64,000 bases of DNA from a virus (Duplodnaviria > Heunggongvirae > Uroviricota > Caudoviricetes): positions 181,763-245,762 of IMG/VR virus record IMGVR_UViG_3300027710_000010. One strand, 5' to 3'. Made by a program: the position numbers and the translations under genes. This document shows, in pieces, positions 57,711-64,000 of the stretch. The notes under the pieces are model-generated. The model worked only from the letters and a program-made list of their open reading frames with translations. It was not told the DNA's origin and made no database searches. Numbering within the stretch: the first letter of the stretch is position 1; each line of letters begins with the position of its first letter.

Positions 57711-60700
57711 TTAATACCCTTGTACTGAAATAAATGTTAGTGGCGAACCTTCTGAATCTGAAGCTTCTCCTATTCCACAAATAACTTTGTCGCCTGATGC
57801 GCAGGTAGTCGAAGTATTTGTGTTAAAATTTGTCCATCCGCTATCTGGTCCTACTGTAGAATACTGTAGTGTTAGTGTATTTCCGCTTCGCTGCCATTTG
57901 AACCAATAATTAATATTTGAGTTACCGCCTGCTATTAGTGGTGCCGCGTATTGTCCAAAATATGTAGCACTATATCCGCTAGGGAAACCAGAAGTAGCTA
58001 ATGCACCAAAGTATGGCCCGCTTGAATCAGAACTGTATCCAGTAAAATCATTGACTGATACGTTTGACCCAAATACAAATCCTGCACCTATATAATTATG
58101 ATTCCATGAAGCAATTAAAATAAAGTCTCCAACAAATTCTCTGTTCCAAATTACTGCCCCATAGTTACTACCTAAACCAGTTTTGTCTGCATACCATATA
58201 GTATTGTTAGCAGTAAGTGATCCAAACACATTAACTGTACTAGGCAATCTCCATCCATCTGGTGCTAGTGCATCAATTGTAGGTGTATATCGTATTATAG
58301 CAATTCCAGATCCGCCACTACCGCCTGCGGCATTTGAATACGGAGATCCTATATTGTTACCAGCGCCACCTCCACCACCGCCAGTGTTTGCAACACCTGC
58401 TGAGCCATTAGTGTGTTGTGAACCATTGCCACCACCACCAATTCCTCCAAAACCAGGATTATAGGATTTGGTAGTCATTCCAGTTCCGCCGCCACCACCA
58501 CCGCCATACCAAGCCGGGTAACCAGCCATTGAATACAGTACACCAATACCGCCATTGCCACCTTGACCACTGGCACTATTTGTTCCAGTGGCTCCAGCAC
58601 CGCCACCACCGCCTCCTGGATAACCCGTACCGTTATCACCAGATCCTCCCGCATTTCCCTGTCCCGCTGTACCAGCGGCGCCAGAATTGTTGGAATATGA
58701 TCCGCCACCACCAGAGCCGCCGCTAGTTGCCGTATAGTATGCAGTGCCATTCCATCCGGCCCCACGGCCGCCGCCAACAGCAGTTAATGTACTAAATGTT
58801 GTATTTCCACCTGAATTAGCTCCTGTATTTGAACCAGTGCCTCCAGCGCCGATACTTATAGCGTAAGCAGTCCCTGGAGTTACTGATACTGAACTGTTAT
58901 ATAATACGCCGCCAGCGCCGCCACCAGCGGCACCAATGTCATTGCCAGTTCCATTTGATCCACCAGATCCACCGCCACCTACTAGCAGAGCTTCCACTGT
59001 AGTCACACCTGGCGGGCAAGTCCATGTGCCGCTTGTTAGAAATGTATCACTAACTTTTACTTCAGTAGTAGGATAGCGTATAATTATTACACCTGATCCG
59101 CCTTTGCCACCAGCACCAGAAGTTAAGCTATTAGTTCCACCAGCGCCTCCGCCGCCGCCAGTTGCTGGTACTCCAGGAAATCCGTTACCTAATGTTCCTG
59201 CACCGCCAACACTTGAACCGCCAGAAGTCACAGTTGCATAATCATCAGTGCTGGCGCCGTATTTGCTTCCGCCACCTCCGCCACCATAATATGTATATGC
59301 ATTTACAAAATTTGATCCAATAATAGCAAACCCTTGTCCGGCACCGCCGTTGCCCGGAGAAGTATTAGTTGAAGCTTCCCCACCAACACCGCCTGCGCCA
59401 CCGCCGCCTGCTCCTGCCCAAGATCCAGTACCACCTCGACCAGAACCACCTTTAAATCCCTGTCCTGCTATTCCAGATCCTCCTGGGCAGATACCTCCAA
59501 TATTTGGTTCTGCGCTGCCACCACCACCGCCTGAAGCGCCGTTCAATCCTGGTCTTACACCAAAGCCACTTTGAGAATATCCGCTGCCACCGCCACCACC
59601 ATAAGCTATAATATTATCGAATACTGAATTACTACCAGTTGATCCTAAACTATAGTTAGCTGTTCCGCCGCCGGCGCCCCCATCGCCAACTGTTACAGTA
59701 TATGCTGTATTTGCTTTGACTGGGTAAGCCGCAGTGTAAACAACGCCACCACCACCACCACCACCCATGCCTGCACCAGCAGTGGGCGTTCCACCGCCAC
59801 CACCACCACCACCTACTACTAATAATTCTACAAATCCGTCAAACTGTGGAGTAAATGTAGATGCACCAACAGTGCTAAATGTGTGAATTTTATATCCACT
59901 ATTATAAGCAATTGAACCGCCAGTAGCATTATTAAGGGTAGCTCCATTTTGAGCACCACTAAAAGTTGTCCATTGTTTATTATCTAAAACTTCTGCTTTT
60001 TTAGTTTCACTGTTAAATCTTACTCGACCCTCGCCGCCAGTGCCGCTAGATTTATATCGTACTACAACAATTCCAGAGCCACCAGCGCCACTATTAACTC
60101 CAGTTCCAGTGTATGCGCCACCGGCGCCACCACCACCACCAGTATTAGCAGTTCCAGCAATACCATCATATGAGTTTGTTAGTGTAGGATTTTGTGCTGA
60201 ACCAGCTCGACCACCGCCACCTTGACCGCCTAATCCAGGATAACCAGCGGGAGATTCTCCACCGCCACCGCCACCACCAGCATACCAAGTTGGTGTTCCT
60301 GTAATGGAAATACACATACCTTCGCCACCGTTGCCGTTAGTTGTAGAAGAAGCATCTCTTCCACGCTGGCCTGCGCCACCACCACCTGCGCCGCAATAGT
60401 TTCCACTTCCTGGATATGTATAGCTGTCTCCGCCAAAATTTCCTTGACCGTTTGTGCCAGATGCGCCTGAGCCTGGTGAAGCATTGCCTAAACCAGCGCC
60501 ACCACCTGATCCACCAGAAGTGGGAGCCTTGCCATTCCATGCGCCACCACCGCCGCCACCGATGGCTGTTAGTGCTCCAAAAACACTATTACCCCCATTA
60601 TTGCCAACAACAGAATTACCTACTGATGCTCCGCCAGCACCCACTGTTACAGTGATTGATGCCCCAACGGTTACAGGATAATCAGTTCTATGAATTAATC

Positions 60701-60935
60701 CGCCTGCGCCTCCGCCCCCAGCGCCTCCATTACCACCACCACCGCTGCCGCCTCCAGCAACTACTAATACTTCAACTTCACTAATGCCTGCAGGTACAGT
60801 CCATGATGTAGTGCCTACAGATGTAAATTGCACCACAGTGTATTGAGGATTCGTTGTTCGTTGTGCCGTTGTTCCTACTGGCAATTGCAGAAATCCAGAC
60901 CCTGTAACTGTTAAATTTTTAAATTGTGATGTCAT
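57711..60935 (-). CDS. Gly-rich adhesin-like protein (3 polyglycine domains plus C-terminal lectin-like region)
   Basis: MTSQFKNLTV..LPVGTTAQR; three Gly units; beta-rich C-terminus. Confidence 0.82.
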   Translation of the reverse strand: MTSQFKNLTVTGSGFLQLPVGTTAQRTTNPQYTVVQFTSVGTTSWTVPAGISEVEVLVVAGGGSGGGGNGGAGGGGAGGLIHRTDYPVTVGASITVTVGAGGASVGNSVVGNNGGNSVFGALTAIGGGGGGAWNGKAPTSGGSGGGAGLGNASPGSGASGTNGQGNFGGDSYTYPGSGNYCGAGGGGAGQRGRDASSTTNGNGGEGMCISITGTPTWYAGGGGGGGESPAGYPGLGGQGGGGRAGSAQNPTLTNSYDGIAGTANTGGGGGAGGAYTGTGVNSGAGGSGIVVVRYKSSGTGGEGRVRFNSETKKAEVLDNKQWTTFSGAQNGATLNNATGGSIAYNSGYKIHTFSTVGASTFTPQFDGFVELLVVGGGGGGGGTPTAGAGMGGGGGGGVVYTAAYPVKANTAYTVTVGDGGAGGGTANYSLGSTGSNSVFDNIIAYGGGGGSGYSQSGFGVRPGLNGASGGGGGSAEPNIGGICPGGSGIAGQGFKGGSGRGGTGSWAGAGGGGAGGVGGEASTNTSPGNGGAGQGFAIIGSNFVNAYTYYGGGGGGSKYGASTDDYATVTSGGSSVGGAGTLGNGFPGVPATGGGGGAGGTNSLTSGAGGKGGSGVIIIRYPTTEVKVSDTFLTSGTWTCPPGVTTVEALLVGGGGSGGSNGTGNDIGAAGGGAGGVLYNSSVSVTPGTAYAISIGAGGTGSNTGANSGGNTTFSTLTAVGGGRGAGWNGTAYYTATSGGSGGGGSYSNNSGAAGTAGQGNAGGSGDNGTGYPGGGGGGAGATGTNSASGQGGNGGIGVLYSMAGYPAWYGGGGGGGTGMTTKSYNPGFGGIGGGGNGSQHTNGSAGVANTGGGGGGAGNNIGSPYSNAAGGSGGSGIAIIRYTPTIDALAPDGWRLPSTVNVFGSLTANNTIWYADKTGLGSNYGAVIWNREFVGDFILIASWNHNYIGAGFVFGSNVSVNDFTGYSSDSSGPYFGALATSGFPSGYSATYFGQYAAPLIAGGNSNINYWFKWQRSGNTLTLQYSTVGPDSGWTNFNTNTSTTCASGDKVICGIGEASDSEGSPLTFISVQGY

Positions 60936-60941
60936 TTTTTA

Positions 60942-62618
60942 TTAAAGTCCGTATCTTGTTTGTAGTACAGCAAAGTTTGCCATGCGTTCTGTGTCAGTCA
61001 ATGCTCTATTGTACATGGCAAAGTAATATACTCTTCCTGGCCAGCCTAATCCAATAATAGCAGGATCTTTTCTATTCCAAATTGCCGTATCTGCTACTCC
61101 TCCGCCCTGACTGTCGGCTACGTTGACACCATTTCTAAACACTTGCCTATATGGAAGTTGATCTGTTCTAGTACGCCAAGCAGAATGCCTAACAGCTCCA
61201 ACAAAGTCTCTATCACTATTTGGATAAACTGTACGACTGTTTATATCACAGCATCCGTGAACATCGTAATATATAGCATTTCCACCATAGACAAAGTGGC
61301 ATGCTAGTCTTGATGAGGTGTATGGGTAATTTTTAGGAGTACAAGAAAAATGATAAAACCAATTAGTTTGCCCATTATTGACATATGTCACAGATTCAAT
61401 GTAATGTTCTTGATCTAGATCCAAGGTGTCACAAGGCGGGCCATAAAATGCAGCATTATTAAACCCATTGGTCCAATTTGATCCAGGCAAATTAAAATAA
61501 CTGCCTGTGCCTGCACTAACCCACGGAGCTTGTGATGCATTAATATAGAAGTGCCTATTGTTACCACTTATGTCATACCAAATATTGCCAAACCCCGGGT
61601 AACTTCTTCTGTCTCCTGCGTCTAATAAAAATACTAGCCCGTCAGTAGTCCACCCAGCTTGTGTATTCCCTGAGTTACGTGTTCCAGAAAATGTTTCTAT
61701 CTTTTTATTTGTAGTGCTGTATCTAATATCGCCTTCTACTGAAGATTTCCAAGAAATAATTACGATTCCAGAGCCGCCATTTCCTGCAGGCCCAGATGAA
61801 TTATCACCACTTCCGCCGCCGCCGCCACCTAAGCCGTTGCCGCCATTAAATCCTATAGCAAGTTGTGAACCCGTTTGATCAGCAACACTGTCGCCACCAC
61901 CACCAGCGCCGCCGCTTCCTTTGTATACTGTGCCGCCGCCTGTTGATTGAATTGCGCCAGCGCCACCTCCACCGTAATATGCAGTAATCCCGCTTATGCT
62001 GTAGGCAACACCATTGCCGCCGTTGCCGCCGTATGATACTTGTCCAGCTTGGCCAACTGCACCAGCTCCGCCACCACCGCCGCCTGACCATGTATTTCCA
62101 GCGCCGCTTGTACCTGATCTACCATTGCCACCTGCACTACCCTGACCAACTGTACCTGAGCCGCCTGTGCCATTATATGTGCCACCACCGCCTGAGCCGC
62201 CACTATTGCCATTTCTCCAGCTAACAGTAGCATTTTCGTTCCCGCCAAATCCACCGCCAATGGCTGTTATTGTAGCAAATACCGAGTTACTACCGTTTGT
62301 AGCTTGAATAGCGTTTGTTGCGCTTCCTTGTCCACCAGCACCCACAGTGATCGAGTATGCATTGCCTGGAGTTACTGAGAAAGAAGAATTGTATACAACG
62401 CCACCTGCGCCTCCACCCCCACCAGCAGTACCTGATCCGCCTCCACCCCCACCAGCAACTACTAATACTGCAACGGATGTAACTCCGGTTGGACAAGTCC
62501 ACGATTGGCCTGCACCAACAGCGTTAAACACAACTGTTGATCGTTGAGCAGTTGTACCAGTCGCAACTTTAAAATGACCAGTATCGTTTATAGTTACATT
62601 TTGAAACGAACTAGACAT
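60942..62618 (-). CDS. Gly-rich adhesin-like protein (1 polyglycine domain plus LamG-like domain)
   Basis: DGLVFLLDAG..SYPG.G..WYDISGN ... YNRALTDTE..NF..RYGL. Confidence 0.82.
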   Translation of the reverse strand: MSSSFQNVTINDTGHFKVATGTTAQRSTVVFNAVGAGQSWTCPTGVTSVAVLVVAGGGGGGSGTAGGGGGAGGVVYNSSFSVTPGNAYSITVGAGGQGSATNAIQATNGSNSVFATITAIGGGFGGNENATVSWRNGNSGGSGGGGTYNGTGGSGTVGQGSAGGNGRSGTSGAGNTWSGGGGGGAGAVGQAGQVSYGGNGGNGVAYSISGITAYYGGGGAGAIQSTGGGTVYKGSGGAGGGGDSVADQTGSQLAIGFNGGNGLGGGGGGSGDNSSGPAGNGGSGIVIISWKSSVEGDIRYSTTNKKIETFSGTRNSGNTQAGWTTDGLVFLLDAGDRRSYPGFGNIWYDISGNNRHFYINASQAPWVSAGTGSYFNLPGSNWTNGFNNAAFYGPPCDTLDLDQEHYIESVTYVNNGQTNWFYHFSCTPKNYPYTSSRLACHFVYGGNAIYYDVHGCCDINSRTVYPNSDRDFVGAVRHSAWRTRTDQLPYRQVFRNGVNVADSQGGGVADTAIWNRKDPAIIGLGWPGRVYYFAMYNRALTDTERMANFAVLQTRYGL

Positions 62619-62619
62619 G

Positions 62620-64000
62620 TTACTCTCCCTTCAACTTACGAATTTCTTCCTTGAGAGGATCAATCTCTGCTTTTAATGTTTTGATAGCTTCAACCAAGTA
62701 TGCTGTTAATTTGCTGTAGTAAATACCTTCAGCAGTGCCATCTTCTCGATGACTTACTAGATTTGGTAATACTCTATCTACTGCTTCAGCAATCAAACCA
62801 GCTTCATTATTTTTGCTACCATCTCGACGATCATATGTAACGCCTACTAAACTCATAATTGACTCTAAAGCATTTGTAATTGGATTAATATTTTCTTTAA
62901 GTACAATGCTTGAACTTTCAACAAATCCGCCACTAGTTGTTAGTACTCCGGTACTTGGCACAAAGCTAAGACCAGCACTTGAAACATATGCAGTTGTTAA
63001 ACTACCAGTTGTACTGGCTGCAAGTGTTGGGTAGAATGTTGAACTACTTGATGACGCAGTTATAGTTGCACCTGCTGCCGCCCAACTCAATGTGCCGCTG
63101 CCGTTAGTTACCAGTGCATATCCTGTTGTGCCATCAGTGCTTGGTAATGTATATGTTACACTACCCGCGGCTGCTGGCACTGTAAATGTTACTGCGCCGC
63201 TTGAACTTCCTTGAATTGCAAATGTGCCTTTAATTGCCAAAGCGCCACTACTTGGATTGAAACTTAACTTAGTGCTACTTACACTTGCTGTAGTTACTGT
63301 TCCGCTTGTAGCGGTTGTGAACAATGGATAGAAAGTACTATTTGTTGTGCTGTCACTTACTGTAACGGCTGCATCAGCCCATTGCATTCCGCCCGAGGTT
63401 GTTTGTAAAAATTTACCGTTAGTACCAGCAGATCCGTTAATTGTAATCTTGCTGGTTGTTGCTACATCAATATTACCAGTTGTAGTTAGCGCACCAATTT
63501 TTAAATCGCTGTATGTAGCTGATGTAAAATCAACTGTAGTAGTTGGTTCAGGAATTACTCCTTTAAATAGCTTCCATACACCGTCATTTGCATCTCGTAC
63601 AAAGCCAGTGTGTTGGTATCCGCCGTTGGTAAAGGAACTAATAAAACCAATATCAACTGTATCAGCTGGGTTGTCATCACCCATGTAAATTAACGAATCT
63701 GCAACATTATAATTTGTTGTGTTAATTGTAGTTTGTGTGCCGTTAACAGTTAAGTTACCATCAATAATTATGTTGTTACCGACTGTTAGATCATGGGTAA
63801 TACGTAGATCATTTTCAACAGTTAAGTCACTATTAATCGTTACAGCTGGCGTAAATGTAATTCCAGAACTGTCAGTGCTGTCAATTGTTGTACCGTTAAT
63901 ATTAATAGCGTCAATCACAACACTACCAGTACCGCTTGGTGTGATAATGATATCTTCGTTGCTGTTTTTTCCGATAATGTTATTTTGGAAATAACGAATA
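62620..64000 (-). CDS. Third long fibre paralog (5' part outside window) with S74-like chaperone
   Basis: Frame open to the window edge; nearly identical in protein to the C-terminal part of 35154..38822. Confidence 0.85.
   Translation of the reverse strand, partial: IRYFQNNIIGKNSNEDIIITPSGTGSVVIDAININGTTIDSTDSSGITFTPAVTINSDLTVENDLRITHDLTVGNNIIIDGNLTVNGTQTTINTTNYNVADSLIYMGDDNPADTVDIGFISSFTNGGYQHTGFVRDANDGVWKLFKGVIPEPTTTVDFTSATYSDLKIGALTTTGNIDVATTSKITINGSAGTNGKFLQTTSGGMQWADAAVTVSDSTTNSTFYPLFTTATSGTVTTASVSSTKLSFNPSSGALAIKGTFAIQGSSSGAVTFTVPAAAGSVTYTLPSTDGTTGYALVTNGSGTLSWAAAGATITASSSSSTFYPTLAASTTGSLTTAYVSSAGLSFVPSTGVLTTSGGFVESSSIVLKENINPITNALESIMSLVGVTYDRRDGSKNNEAGLIAEAVDRVLPNLVSHREDGTAEGIYYSKLTAYLVEAIKTLKAEIDPLKEEIRKLKGE

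Noticed and set aside
57706-57780. N-terminal extension MWNRRSFRFRR of the 877-aa ORF (signal-like)
   Set aside because: It overlaps the upstream gene; the paralog-matching start is ATG 57705.
27960-62618. Many plus-strand Pro-rich ORFs and short alternative-frame ORFs
   Set aside because: They are antisense or frame shadows of GGN-rich glycine codons, with no RBS or promoter support.
27960-62618. Frequent GCTGGTGG (E. coli Chi) on the minus strand
   Set aside because: Explained by Ala-Gly-Gly codons; the host and its Chi sequence are unknown.
27960-62618. CRISPR-like or satellite array suggested by ccaccaccgcc runs
   Set aside because: No constant repeat with regular spacers; the runs encode polyglycine.
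35154-64000. Diversity-generating retroelement (template/variable repeat pair) among the fibre repeats
   Set aside because: No reverse transcriptase in the window, all repeat copies are inside intact paralogous ORFs, and mismatches are not visibly adenine-specific.
27960-64000. Invertase-type tail fibre switching (shufflon)
   Set aside because: All fibre and adhesin genes are co-oriented, with no recombinase gene or inverted crossover sites seen.
1-64000. Stop-codon reassignment, introns or inteins
   Set aside because: Core genes (terminase, UvsX, UvsW, sheath) are uninterrupted in the standard code and tile densely; no intein-sized inserts with splice motifs were seen in the enzymes.

Overview
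This is a gene-dense segment of a large T4-like myovirus genome read in the standard genetic code, mostly on the minus strand. I saw no tRNA, rRNA, CRISPR array or transposon. From 1 to 10.4 kb there is a TraR/DksA-like gene cut by the window edge, a UvsW-like helicase, a five-gene glycosylation cluster, and UvsY, UvsX and gp32. From 10.5 to 28 kb there are putative internal head proteins, large and probable small terminase, gp4 head-completion nuclease, tail tube, an enlarged sheath, dNMP kinase, a divergently split gp13 / gp14-gp15 neck module and a Nudix hydrolase. From 28 to 64 kb lies a ~36 kb receptor-binding/fibre region. It has three paralogous fibre cassettes and eight genes carrying about 17 polyglycine (gp38-adhesin-like) domains. 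The most notable pattern is that each fibre's C-terminal type matches the N-terminal motif class of the Gly-rich genes downstream of it, which suggests a modular fibre-adhesin docking system. A second pattern is a TAAATA late-promoter grammar: leaderless starts exactly 5 nt downstream, promoters built on upstream stop codons, and an RBS-sequestering hairpin. All family calls come from motif recognition by eye; no searches were run.
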